DNA of 64,000 nucleotides, from positions 428,498 through 492,497 of the forward strand of contig JBBRNR010000001.1 of NCBI GenBank assembly GCA_038230215.1, in the 5' to 3' direction. Shown here one piece after another: positions 9,693 through 18,695 of the stretch. Every line of letters starts with the position of its first letter. Position 1 is the stretch's first letter. The stretch comes from Chthoniobacterales bacterium. GTDB lineage: Bacteria > Verrucomicrobiota > Verrucomicrobiia > Chthoniobacterales > DASVRZ01. The translations under genes were made by a program, and so were the position numbers. The notes beneath the pieces were generated by a model that was given only the letters and a program-made list of their open reading frames with translations, did no database searches and was not told the DNA's origin.

Positions 9693-11900
9693 ATGTCCGC
9701 CACTCTTCCTCTCTTGCAACGTCTCTTTGGCAGCCTTCTCCGCACGCTCATCTATCGCGTCACCATCCAGGGTCTGGAAAACCTCCCGCGCACCGGCGGC
9801 GTGCTCCTCGTTCCCAACCACCTTACCTATGTGGACGCCGTCGTTCTGCAACTCGCCTGTCCCCGACCCGTGCGATTTCTGGTTCATCGCACCATCTACG
9901 AAATTCCCTGGCTGAACCTCGTTTTCCGCTGGATCAAAGCCATCCCCATCTCGGAAACGCAGGCCAAGGAGGCGATCCGACTCGCCTCGGAAAGACTGAC
10001 CGACGGCGAAGTCGTCTGCATTTTTCCCGAGGGCGAACTCAGCCGCAGCGGGACGTTACTCAAGCTGAAAAAAGGCTTCGAACTCATCGCCCGTCGCGCT
10101 GGCACTCCCGTGGTCCCCGTCTGGCTCGACCGGCTCTGGGACTCCATCTTTTCTTTCAAGGGCGGACACTTTTTTAAGAAAATGCCCACGCGCATTCCGT
10201 ATCCGGTGACGGTCTCCTTCGACGTCCCGATTCCGGCGCCGCAAGCCGATGTCGCCACAGTTCGCGAACGTCTGCTCGTTCTCGGCGAAGCGGCGTATCA
10301 GGCCCGCCAGGAGCTCCAGGGGCATCTCGGTCGCGCGTGCATTCGTGGCCTGAAAAAGCAGTCGAGTTCCATTGCACTCATCGACGGCACCGATCATTCG
10401 GAGTTGAGCCGGGGGATGTTGCTCGCCATCGCCATCGCCCTCAGCCGCCATCTGCGACGTCGTTTTCCCGGTCAGCGCATCGCCATCGTTTTGCCGCCCG
10501 GCAAAGGCGCGGTCATTGCCAATCTCGCCACCGTTCTCGCCGACAAAGTCCCCGTGAATCTGAACCTCACCGCCGGACGCTCCTCCCTCGAATCTGCCAT
10601 TGCCCGCGGCGACATCGATGTGGCGATTACCGCTGACCTCGTGCAGCGCCGTTTCAAAGACATTCCGTGGCCCAAACACGTTGTCCACCTCGAAGCCCTC
10701 CTGCCCCAGCTCAAGCCGCAAATCATTTTCTGGCGCATCTTCGCCACGATTCTGCCCGCCCGATTTCTCGCTTGGTGCATCGATCTCCCGCGCCGAGGCA
10801 ACCGCAAGGAAGCCGTCCTCCTCTTCACCAGTGGGAGCTCCGGCGAACCCAAAGGCGTCGCCCTCAGCCATCGCAATATCCTCGCCAACGTCGCTCAATT
10901 CAGCTCCATGCTCAGCCTTCCGCCGCGCTCCACCATCCTCGCGTCGCTCCCGTTTTTCCACAGCTTCGGCTGCACCGTCACCCTCTGGTATCCACTCATC
11001 GAAGGATTGCGCTCGGTCACGTATCCGTCGCCATTGGAAACGAACAAAAACATCGAACTCATCGAGAAACACCAAGTCACCCTCCTCTGCTCCACGCCCA
11101 CCTTTCTCCGCGGCTACATCCGCAAAGCGAAACCCGAGCAACTCCGCTCCCTCGATTTCGTCGTCACCGGCGCCGAAAAACTCCCCAACGAACTCGCCAC
11201 CGCCTTCGAGGCCGCGCTCGGCTTGCCCGTCCTCCAGGGCTACGGCCTCACCGAAACTTCTCCCGCCGTCGCCGTCAATCTGCCCGACCCAAAAGCCTCG
11301 CGTCCGAACGACACCATCCAGCCCTCCAATCGCCCGGGCAGCGTTGGAAAACTTCTCCCCGGTCAGGCCATCCGCATCACCGATCCCGATACCGACGCCC
11401 CGCGTTCGCTCCACGAAACCGGCATGCTCTGGATCAAAGGCGCGAACATTTTCTCCGGCTACCTCAATGACCCCGCCCGCACCGCCGAAGTCCTGCAAGA
11501 CCACGGCTGGTTTCGCACCGGCGACCTCGCCCGCATGGACGAAGACGGCTTCCTTTTCATCGAGGGCCGCCTCTCGCGCTTTTCGAAGATCGGCGGAGAA
11601 ATGGTCCCGCACGAAACTGTCGAAATGGCCGTCGCGGAAGCCATGCAACTCGACCCCGGTGGCGACCGCAAACTCGCCATCGGCGCCATCCCCGACGAAG
11701 CGAAAGGCGAGGCGCTCGTGCTCCTCACCACAGTCGAGTTAGATTCCACTCTGCTCCGCAAAAAACTCAGCGACGCCAGCATCCCCAATCTCTGGATCCC
11801 CAAGATTATCTCGCGAGTGGAAAAAATCCCCGTCCTCAGCACTGGCAAACTCGACCTCGCCGGAGTCAAAGAGCTGTGCGCCGCCACAGTCAGCAGATAG
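9693..11900 (+). CDS. aas: bifunctional lysophospholipid acyltransferase / acyl-ACP (AMP-dependent) synthetase, Aas-like
   Basis: Start chosen at MSATLPLLQRLF (9693). PlsC-type HX4D motif PNHLTYVDAVV and FPEGELSR. AMP-binding motifs LLFTSGSSGEPKGV, GYGLTETS, TGDLARMDEDGFLFIEGR. The upstream 200 codons of the track ORF are Pro/Arg-rich shadow sequence. Confidence 0.8.
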   Translation: MSATLPLLQRLFGSLLRTLIYRVTIQGLENLPRTGGVLLVPNHLTYVDAVVLQLACPRPVRFLVHRTIYEIPWLNLVFRWIKAIPISETQAKEAIRLASERLTDGEVVCIFPEGELSRSGTLLKLKKGFELIARRAGTPVVPVWLDRLWDSIFSFKGGHFFKKMPTRIPYPVTVSFDVPIPAPQADVATVRERLLVLGEAAYQARQELQGHLGRACIRGLKKQSSSIALIDGTDHSELSRGMLLAIAIALSRHLRRRFPGQRIAIVLPPGKGAVIANLATVLADKVPVNLNLTAGRSSLESAIARGDIDVAITADLVQRRFKDIPWPKHVVHLEALLPQLKPQIIFWRIFATILPARFLAWCIDLPRRGNRKEAVLLFTSGSSGEPKGVALSHRNILANVAQFSSMLSLPPRSTILASLPFFHSFGCTVTLWYPLIEGLRSVTYPSPLETNKNIELIEKHQVTLLCSTPTFLRGYIRKAKPEQLRSLDFVVTGAEKLPNELATAFEAALGLPVLQGYGLTETSPAVAVNLPDPKASRPNDTIQPSNRPGSVGKLLPGQAIRITDPDTDAPRSLHETGMLWIKGANIFSGYLNDPARTAEVLQDHGWFRTGDLARMDEDGFLFIEGRLSRFSKIGGEMVPHETVEMAVAEAMQLDPGGDRKLAIGAIPDEAKGEALVLLTTVELDSTLLRKKLSDASIPNLWIPKIISRVEKIPVLSTGKLDLAGVKELCAATVSR

Positions 11901-11924
11901 AAATTCCAGTAACCTTTTCGATCC

Positions 11925-13136
11925 ATGAAAAATTGCATTCCCCTGGAGAAAATCTATTTCTGGCTCCGCTGGCCGCGAGGTTTTGTGGCAAGCCTGGCGA
12001 TCTATTCCGCCGTGTTTTTTTTCGTGCTGCTCGTCTGGACGTTTGGTAATGCGAGGCGCGAGGCGAAGTTTGGCCATAACAAGGACCAGGGGGAGTATGT
12101 GGCCCTGGCCAAAGACTTTAAGGACGGCCATTTTCTCACTGCCAACTTCAAGCCGCATCGACACCCGCTTTATCCGGCGTTGCTCGTGCCGGTGCTCGCG
12201 CTGGCTCCCGACAATGTCCACTGGCTGGGAGCCGTCAACGGCGTGGTGGGGTTGCTCGCCGTCGGGCTGACTTACTTTTTCGTTTTTCGGGCCGGGAAGC
12301 TGCATGGACCCGCGGCCTGCATTTCCATCCTGCTCGCGACCAACTTTTTTTTCATCAAGATGGCAGACATGGGCATCGTGACCGAGCCGACTTACATCCT
12401 CATGACTCTCTGCGCCGTGTGGTTGCTGGCCGATTATTGTTCCAAAAATAAACTCCGCCATCTCGTGGCGGGCTCTGTCTTCTTGGGTCTCGCTTTTATG
12501 ACACGACCCAATGGCATCCTGCTTTTAGTCGGATTACTAGCCACATTGTTCGTGAAATTCTGCTCGTCAGTGGCGGGCGGAATCCGGCTGCCAGCCTGCC
12601 TGCTAACATGGGTCCGGGATTCCATCGTGGCAGCTCTCGTCTTTGCTGTGGTCGCCAGCCCGCTGTTGTGGGTTAAGTCCAGGCTCTATGGGAACCCGCT
12701 GATGCAAGGCAAGATCATGCAGTATATGTGGAACGACGATTACGAGATGGCGCGCAGTAAAAAAGCGGCGCACAGCTTGTCGGAATATGTGTCCGCTCAT
12801 GGATGGGAAAGCATGGTGCGCCGGGCCGCAACAGGGCTGGCTGAAGTATTTTTTATCGTTCCGCTCGAGGAGGAGGTTCTGCCTATTTTGTATATCACTG
12901 CATTTGTTGGTGTGACGCTGGCTCTGGGGTCCATCCAAAAAAGTCGGGCATGGCCGGTGGGGCCGTTGATCTTCATTTTCTGTGTCGTCCAAATGCTGCC
13001 ACTCGCCTGGACGGCCATTTCCAATCCCACACATCGGATTCCGTATGCAGCCATCCTGCCATTCCTGTTGTTTTTTGGAGCTCACGGCCTCATCGAAATC
13101 TACAAAAGACAACTGGCCACCACTCCAGCCAGGTGA
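11925..13136 (+). CDS. polytopic membrane glycosyltransferase, GT39/ArnT-like
   Basis: The 403-aa protein has about 9-10 hydrophobic segments. An early extracytoplasmic loop with DQGEYVALAKDF resembles the acidic loop motif of ArnT/PMT-type transferases. Confidence 0.5.
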   Translation: MKNCIPLEKIYFWLRWPRGFVASLAIYSAVFFFVLLVWTFGNARREAKFGHNKDQGEYVALAKDFKDGHFLTANFKPHRHPLYPALLVPVLALAPDNVHWLGAVNGVVGLLAVGLTYFFVFRAGKLHGPAACISILLATNFFFIKMADMGIVTEPTYILMTLCAVWLLADYCSKNKLRHLVAGSVFLGLAFMTRPNGILLLVGLLATLFVKFCSSVAGGIRLPACLLTWVRDSIVAALVFAVVASPLLWVKSRLYGNPLMQGKIMQYMWNDDYEMARSKKAAHSLSEYVSAHGWESMVRRAATGLAEVFFIVPLEEEVLPILYITAFVGVTLALGSIQKSRAWPVGPLIFIFCVVQMLPLAWTAISNPTHRIPYAAILPFLLFFGAHGLIEIYKRQLATTPAR

Positions 13137-14113
13137 AATCCTCCATCGAAATCCTCCGGCTGCGTCCGAGGCACGTTTTTCGAATCAGCCGTGGGGCCAA
13201 GGCGGATGTTAGCAATGTGATCTTGAAACTTTCCCATGCGGGTTGCATCGGAATCGGGGAAGCCTCTCCCAACGCCTTTTACAACGAGACTGCGGACGAC
13301 GTCGCCAGCCGACTTACATCGCTTTCCGACTGGCTCACGGGCATCACCATTTCCAGCGCGGAAGACATCATTTCGCTCTGGCCCGCCATCTGGCAGCGCG
13401 TGCAACCATCCCGCGCCGCCGCCTGCGCCGTCGATCTCGCGCTCTGGGATTGGCTGGCGCAATCTCGGTCTGTCACGCTCTCAGAATTGCTTTGGAACGA
13501 ACCAGCGCGCCCGGTCACGAGCTGCGTCACCCTGGGACTTTCCGAGCCCGAGGAACTCGACGCCAAACTGACCGAACTCGCCGGTTTCCCGCTGATTAAA
13601 ATCAAACTCGACCGCAAAAATCCCGTCGAACTCGTCACCCAGATTCGCCAACTAACTTCCGCTCGACTCGTGGTCGATGCGAACGCCGCCTGGGACGCCG
13701 AAATGCTTTCTAACATCGCACCGCAACTCGCCTCACTCGACGTCGAATTCATCGAACAACCGCTCCCGCCCGGCGCTGATTTCACTGCCACTCGACCGCC
13801 TGTTTTCGCCGACGAAAGCTGCGTCACCCCTGAAGACGTGGACCGTCTGCCCGACGTATTTTCCGGGTTCAACATCAAGCTCGTCAAATGCGGCGGCAGC
13901 ACGCCCGCGCTCGAAATGCTGAAGCGCGGCCAACGTCGCGGACTCCGCACCATGACCGGCTGCATGTTAGAAAGCAGCGTCCTCATCGCCGCCGGCTACG
14001 CCCTCGCCCAACGCACCGACTACGCCGACCTCGACGGCGCCTGGCTGCTCCATTCGGAGCCGTTCGGGCGCGTCCGCTTCACCAATGGCATCATCACTTC
14101 CTTATTGTCTTGA
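13133..14113 (+). CDS. dipeptide epimerase (L-Ala-D/L-Glu epimerase type), enolase superfamily
   Basis: The GTG start at 13133 overlaps the upstream stop (GTGA). Motifs IGIGEASP, LIKIKLD, VVDANAAW, EFIEQPL, FADESC, NIKLVKCGG, CMLESS and DLDG match muconate-lactonizing/dipeptide epimerase subgroup catalytic positions. Confidence 0.8.
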   Translation: MKSSIEILRLRPRHVFRISRGAKADVSNVILKLSHAGCIGIGEASPNAFYNETADDVASRLTSLSDWLTGITISSAEDIISLWPAIWQRVQPSRAAACAVDLALWDWLAQSRSVTLSELLWNEPARPVTSCVTLGLSEPEELDAKLTELAGFPLIKIKLDRKNPVELVTQIRQLTSARLVVDANAAWDAEMLSNIAPQLASLDVEFIEQPLPPGADFTATRPPVFADESCVTPEDVDRLPDVFSGFNIKLVKCGGSTPALEMLKRGQRRGLRTMTGCMLESSVLIAAGYALAQRTDYADLDGAWLLHSEPFGRVRFTNGIITSLLS

Positions 14114-14208
14114 GATTAATTTCTCCCTCCTTCTAGGCTTCTCGAACTAGCAAAAAGAGGCGATCCGCTATTCCCAGCGGAAAAGTTTTCTGCTTTCCTC
14201 GGAGGTCC

Positions 14209-15078
14209 ATGAATCTCCTCACCTGCGATCTTCCCGGCATCCCGAAACTGCGCAGCGGCAAAGTCCGCGAAGTCTTCGATCTCGGCGAGCAGTTGCTGAT
14301 CGTGGCGACGGACCGCATTTCGGCTTTCGATTGTGTGTTTCCCGAAGCAATTCCCGGCAAGGGCGAGGTGCTTACTCAACTCAGTCGCTGGTGGTTCGAG
14401 CAGTTTCCTAACATTGCAAATCATTACATCTCGGCGGACGTGGACGAGTTTCCAAGCGAGTTGCATCCGTATCGGAAGGAGCTGGCCGGGCGCTCGATGT
14501 TGGTGAAAAAGACCACGCCACTTCCAGTCGAATGCGTCGTGCGCGGCTATCTCGCTGGCTCCGGCTGGAAGGAATATCAAACCTGCCGCACCGTCGGCGG
14601 ACATCCCGCGCCGATGGGAATGCAGAATGCGGACATTCTGCCCGCGCCGCTTTTCACGCCATCGACCAAGGCCGATGAAGGTCACGATGAAAACATCACC
14701 TGGGATCGGTGCGTGGAGATTCTGGGTGCTAACATTGCCCGCCAAGTGCGCGATTTCAGCATCGAGCTTTACACGAGGGGCCGCGACATCGCTGCTGCGA
14801 AAGGGATCATTATTGCGGATACGAAGTTTGAGTTTGGGCTGTTAGATGGCGAGGTGATTTTGATCGACGAATGTCTCACGCCCGATTCGTCGCGCTTCTG
14901 GCCGGCAGATTCCTATGCGCCGGGATCGAATCCGCCCAGCTACGACAAGCAGTTTGTGCGCGATTATCTGGAGACTCTCGATTGGGATAAAACTCCGCCC
15001 GCACCGTCGCTGCCTGCGGAGGTGATCGCGAAGACGTCCCAGAAATATCGCGAGGCTTTTGAGAGGCTAACGCGATGA
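14209..15078 (+). CDS. purC: phosphoribosylaminoimidazole-succinocarboxamide synthase (SAICAR synthetase)
   Basis: SGKVREVFDLGEQLLIVATDRISAFD, GYLAGSGWKEY, IIADTKFEFG, DSSRFWP are classic long-form PurC motifs. Confidence 0.95.
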   Translation: MNLLTCDLPGIPKLRSGKVREVFDLGEQLLIVATDRISAFDCVFPEAIPGKGEVLTQLSRWWFEQFPNIANHYISADVDEFPSELHPYRKELAGRSMLVKKTTPLPVECVVRGYLAGSGWKEYQTCRTVGGHPAPMGMQNADILPAPLFTPSTKADEGHDENITWDRCVEILGANIARQVRDFSIELYTRGRDIAAAKGIIIADTKFEFGLLDGEVILIDECLTPDSSRFWPADSYAPGSNPPSYDKQFVRDYLETLDWDKTPPAPSLPAEVIAKTSQKYREAFERLTR

Positions 15079-15094
15079 CGCGCGAAGCTCATGT

Positions 15095-15231
15095 TCTGGG
15101 GAGCGCAGGCCGCTGGCCTGCAGTTTTTGGGGGCTCCCCCAAAACATTTTTCTGGCACGTTAGACCTTGCACGAGTCAATGTGGCAGGCGGGCCGCCTGC
15201 CACTGCAGGCCAGCGGCCTGCGCTCCCCAGA
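15095..15231. repeat. perfect 29-bp inverted repeat with 79-nt spacer containing nested palindromes
   Basis: Left arm 15095-15123 TCTGGGGAGCGCAGGCCGCTGGCCTGCAG is the exact reverse complement of 15203-15231. The spacer holds TTTTGGGGG/CCCCCAAAA and GTGGCAGGCGG/CCGCCTGCCAC (15181-15203). It lies in the purC-xerD intergenic region. Confidence 0.9.
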
Positions 15232-15245
15232 GATTGTCTTGACCG

Positions 15246-16136
15246 ATGCAAGAGGACATCGACGACTTCCTGCTTTTTCTAGCGGTCGAGCGCGGGCTCT
15301 CGACTAACTATCAGCTCAATGTCCGCATTTCGCTGGAGCGGTTTGTTGGCTGGCTCCAAAAAAACACCCGGGTGACGGCGTTCTCTAAAGTGAATCTGGA
15401 GCACATCACCGAACATCTGGCGCATCGCAAACGCAGTGGACTCGCTGCGGGTTCGATTAAACTCATCATCGTATCTTTGCGTATTTTCTTCCGGTTTCTG
15501 GTAAAGGAGAAGCGCGTAAAGGCCGACATCGCTGGCGTCCTCCCGCTGCCACGACTCACCCGGTTTCTGCCGGAGACGCTGAATGAAATGCAAGTCGAGA
15601 AGTTGTTAGGCGGGCTGCCGACCAACCATCCGACGGCACTGCGCGAGCGAGCGATGATCGAGTTGCTCTACGCCAGCGGTCTGCGGGTTTCCGAGTTGGT
15701 GAATGCGCGTCTGGAAAACATCAATCTGGAGGAAGGCTGGATTCGCGTGATCGGCAAAGGCGACAAGATGCGGCTTGTGCCCGTCGGCAAACGCGCGCTG
15801 GAGGCGATCCAGAATTATCTAACTGTGGAGCGACCGCGCGTCGTCTCGAAGAAGACTGGCAGCGAGATTTTTCTGAACCGGCGCGGCACGAAGCTGACAA
15901 CCGTTCGCATCTGGCAGATCGTGAAGCAATCGGCGAAGTTTGCCGGCATCGACACGAATGTCTATCCGCACTTGCTGCGCCATTCGTTTGCAACTCATTT
16001 GCTAGGAAACGGAGCCGACTTGCGCATCATTCAAGAGATGTTAGGTCACGCTGATATCGCCACAACCCAGATCTACACCCATGTGGATCGCGACCATCTG
16101 AAATCGATCCATCGCAAGTTTCACCCGCGAGGTTAG
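15246..16136 (+). CDS. xerD: site-specific tyrosine recombinase XerD/XerC
   Basis: N-terminal SAM-like domain (FLLFLAVERGLSTNYQ). Catalytic motifs ELLYASGLRVSEL, HLLRHSFATHLL, LGHADIATTQIYTHV. The length of 296 aa is typical of Xer recombinases. Confidence 0.85.
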   Translation: MQEDIDDFLLFLAVERGLSTNYQLNVRISLERFVGWLQKNTRVTAFSKVNLEHITEHLAHRKRSGLAAGSIKLIIVSLRIFFRFLVKEKRVKADIAGVLPLPRLTRFLPETLNEMQVEKLLGGLPTNHPTALRERAMIELLYASGLRVSELVNARLENINLEEGWIRVIGKGDKMRLVPVGKRALEAIQNYLTVERPRVVSKKTGSEIFLNRRGTKLTTVRIWQIVKQSAKFAGIDTNVYPHLLRHSFATHLLGNGADLRIIQEMLGHADIATTQIYTHVDRDHLKSIHRKFHPRG

Positions 16137-16140
16137 TTTT

Positions 16141-16452
16141 TCATTCGACTTCCACTTCGATCCCGCCAATCCACTTGACGAAAAGGTTGTAGATGGCGGC
16201 ACCAACAATGCCTGTAATGAAGCCCATCAAACCGTAGAAGATCGGCATGAAGATCATAAGTCCCAGGCCAAGCCCCGCAAACATGGCTCCAGGCGTTGCG
16301 GGCATGTTAGGCTGCTTGGGGATGAAAGCTCCAGCCAAGGCAATGACGCCGAAAATTGGTACGAAGATCAGACCCATCGCTCCATAGAGAGCTCCTAACA
16401 TTTTTCCCAATTGCATCGGGGCGATGCGGACGAGACGTTTTTTGAGAGCCAT
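16141..16452 (-). CDS. small integral membrane protein (3 transmembrane segments), unknown function
   Basis: The 103-aa protein is Gly/Ala/Ile/Phe-rich with hydrophobic segments and a clean ATG. It is convergent with xerD with a 4-nt gap. Confidence 0.5.
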   Translation of the reverse strand: MALKKRLVRIAPMQLGKMLGALYGAMGLIFVPIFGVIALAGAFIPKQPNMPATPGAMFAGLGLGLMIFMPIFYGLMGFITGIVGAAIYNLFVKWIGGIEVEVE

Positions 16453-16464
16453 AAGATTCGGATG

Positions 16465-17331
16465 TTAGCTAACGAATTCCAATTCCACGGGAGCTGGAAT
16501 CAGGCCGGCTTCGCTGGCTGCACCTAGAAATGTGGTGATCGCTTTTCTACCGGTGACGCCGTAGTCGAGCGTGTAGTCGTTGACATACATGCCGATGAAT
16601 TTGTCGGCCATCGCAAGGTCGAGTCCGCGTGCCAGGGGCATCGAATGTTGCACGCCCGCGAGCCGGTTTTTGAGGCCGTATTCGATGCTGTCCTTCAGCA
16701 CGATGGAGAGTTCGTGGCGGATTTCGGGTTCGATGTCTTTGCGAATGACATTGCCACCGAGCGGGAGCGGCAGGCCGGTGCTGCGTTTCCACCATTCGCC
16801 CATGTCGAGGAGGAGCTCGAAGCCGTCGGCGGCATAGGTGAGCTGGCCCTCGTGAATGATGAGTCCGACATCGGCGCGTCCGTCTTTCACCGCAGCAAAA
16901 ATCTCATCAAACGGCACGACGATGTAATCCACTTCGCCCACAAACAGCCGAAGGGAAAGGAACGCGCTCGTCCGTGTGCCGGGGATCGCCACAGTGCGAC
17001 CTTTCAACCAGGCGCGCACTCCTTCGTCACTCTTCGAAGCGGGCAAATTTGCGGTTGGCAACCCGACTAACATCGGCCCGTAACCGTCGCCCATGCTGGC
17101 TCCGCAGGTGAGCAGTGCGTATTTATCGAGCACGTAGGCGTAGGCGTGGATCGAGACGGCGGAAATGTGCAATTCCCCGCGCGTCGCCCGGTCGTTGAGC
17201 GTCTCGATGTCCTGGAGAATGTGCTCAAACTCGAAGCCACGCAGGTCGATTTTTTTCTCCGCCATCGCGTAAAACATGAACGCGTCGTCCGGATCGGGGG
17301 AGTGTCCGAGGGTGAAAAATTTTTGAGCCAT
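16465..17331 (-). CDS. MqnA/MqnD family menaquinone (futalosine pathway) biosynthesis protein
   Basis: Start chosen at MAQKFFTLGHSPDPDDAFMFYAM (17331). The GHSPxPxDxFxFYA N-terminal motif is characteristic of MqnD/MqnA periplasmic-binding-fold enzymes. Confidence 0.7.
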   Translation of the reverse strand: MAQKFFTLGHSPDPDDAFMFYAMAEKKIDLRGFEFEHILQDIETLNDRATRGELHISAVSIHAYAYVLDKYALLTCGASMGDGYGPMLVGLPTANLPASKSDEGVRAWLKGRTVAIPGTRTSAFLSLRLFVGEVDYIVVPFDEIFAAVKDGRADVGLIIHEGQLTYAADGFELLLDMGEWWKRSTGLPLPLGGNVIRKDIEPEIRHELSIVLKDSIEYGLKNRLAGVQHSMPLARGLDLAMADKFIGMYVNDYTLDYGVTGRKAITTFLGAASEAGLIPAPVELEFVS

Positions 17332-17372
17332 GACGGCGAGTCTAAGGGAAAGATTAGAGTGCCGCCAAGTTT

Positions 17373-17852
17373 TTAACCGTTTCCCCAAGGCTGCAATTCG
17401 TGGCTGAGCATCTCCTCACCGGCGAAAACGAAGCGTCCGTCCATCTTTTCTCCGGCCAGAATCTGCGGCAGCCAGAGCGCGTCGTCCTGCCACATTTCGC
17501 CGTAGGGAATCGCCTCCAGCTCGCACCAAAACGGGTCCGCCTCGGGAGTCGCATGTGGCTCGCCCTCGTGCGCGAACGCCAGAAAAACGGAGCATTGGAG
17601 CTGGAATCCATCGGTGAAATGAAAGGACAACTCCGCCACATGACGCGGCTCGAGCGGTGTCACACCCACCTCCTCCTGAGTCTCGCGAATGGCGCAGGCG
17701 AGCGCCGTTTCACCCGGCTCGATTTTTCCGCCGGGCGCGTTAACTTTGCCAATGCCGAGCCCGCGCAGTTTGTGAATCAGAAGCACACGGCTGCCCTCAA
17801 TCACAAAACAGAGCGTCGCTCGTTCTTGCGGAATCCAGTTATTCCAATCCAT
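17373..17852 (-). CDS. NUDIX hydrolase (MutT/8-oxo-dGTPase-like)
   Basis: Nudix box GGKIEPGETALACAIRETQEEVGV. Confidence 0.8.
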   Translation of the reverse strand: MDWNNWIPQERATLCFVIEGSRVLLIHKLRGLGIGKVNAPGGKIEPGETALACAIRETQEEVGVTPLEPRHVAELSFHFTDGFQLQCSVFLAFAHEGEPHATPEADPFWCELEAIPYGEMWQDDALWLPQILAGEKMDGRFVFAGEEMLSHELQPWGNG

Positions 17853-17911
17853 CGGGGGACAGCGTAGGATGGTTTTCTCGATCCGAAAACCAGGAAATCA
17901 GGAGAAAAAAT

Positions 17912-18694
17912 ATGAAAACTCTCATCGGCATGATTCATCTCGGGGCCTTGCCCGGCACACCGCGATCGCAGTCGTCCGTGGCCGAAATCGCGCGCCGCGC
18001 CGTGGCCGAGGCGAGGATTTATCGCGAGGCCGGATTTCCCGCGGTGCTCATCGAAAACATGCACGACACACCGTATCTCGCGCGTGAAGTCGGACCGGAA
18101 ATCGTCGCCTCCATGACCATCGCCGCGCAGGCCGTGCGCACGGAATTTCCCGGGAAGATCGGGCTGCAAATTCTCGCCGGAGCGAACGAGTCCGCTCTGG
18201 CCGTGGCGCTGGCAGCGGAGTTGCAGTTCATTCGCGCCGAGGCCTTCACCTTCGGCCACGTCGCCGACGAGGGTTGGATGGATGCCTGCGCCGGGCCTCT
18301 CCTACGCTATCGACGCGCCATCGGGGCAGACGCCGTGGAAGTCTGGGCCGACATTAAAAAGAAACACGCGTCGCACGCGCTCACCGCCGATATTTCCCTC
18401 GGGGAAACCGCTGCCGCCGCCGAATACATGGGCGCGAGCGCGGTGATCGTCACAGGCCGGGTTACGGGCGACGCTCCTAATATCGGCGACTTTACCGATC
18501 TCCGCTCGCACACATCGCTCCCGGTCGTCATTGGCTCCGGCATTTCTGAATCCAATCTAACTCAACTGTGGCCTCTGGCAGACGCGTTTATCGTTGGCTC
18601 CAGTCTGAAAAAAGGCGGCCACTGGCACGGAGACCTCGACCCGCGCGCTACGGAATCGCTTGCCAGTGCCGCCGCGCGACTAACCGTTTCCTAA
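17912..18694 (+). CDS. BtpA/SgcQ family protein
   Basis: MKTLIGMIHLGALPGTPRS start and VLIENMHDTPY, GASAVIVTGRVTG, VVIGSG motifs are typical of BtpA TIM-barrel proteins. Confidence 0.8.
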   Translation: MKTLIGMIHLGALPGTPRSQSSVAEIARRAVAEARIYREAGFPAVLIENMHDTPYLAREVGPEIVASMTIAAQAVRTEFPGKIGLQILAGANESALAVALAAELQFIRAEAFTFGHVADEGWMDACAGPLLRYRRAIGADAVEVWADIKKKHASHALTADISLGETAAAAEYMGASAVIVTGRVTGDAPNIGDFTDLRSHTSLPVVIGSGISESNLTQLWPLADAFIVGSSLKKGGHWHGDLDPRATESLASAAARLTVS

Positions 18695-18695
18695 C

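Noticed and set aside
10056-11648. 530-aa ORF on the minus strand, antisense to the aas-like gene. Similar long antisense ORFs occur at 8494..9621, 22612..23994, 24886..25842, 54789..55835, 56052..56987 and 60337..61272 on the minus strand, and at 26775..27713 and 49746..50405 on the plus strand.
   Set aside because: Their translations are Gly/Ala/Arg/Asp/Glu-rich low-complexity sequence typical of shadow ORFs in GC-rich DNA. In each case the opposite strand encodes a protein with unmistakable family motifs.
15246-16136. Tyrosine recombinase as a marker of a mobile element or integrated island
   Set aside because: Its size and motifs fit the housekeeping XerC/XerD type. Its neighbours are core metabolic genes, and no direct repeats or tRNA flank it. 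The adjacent inverted repeat is not a plausible att or dif site by itself.
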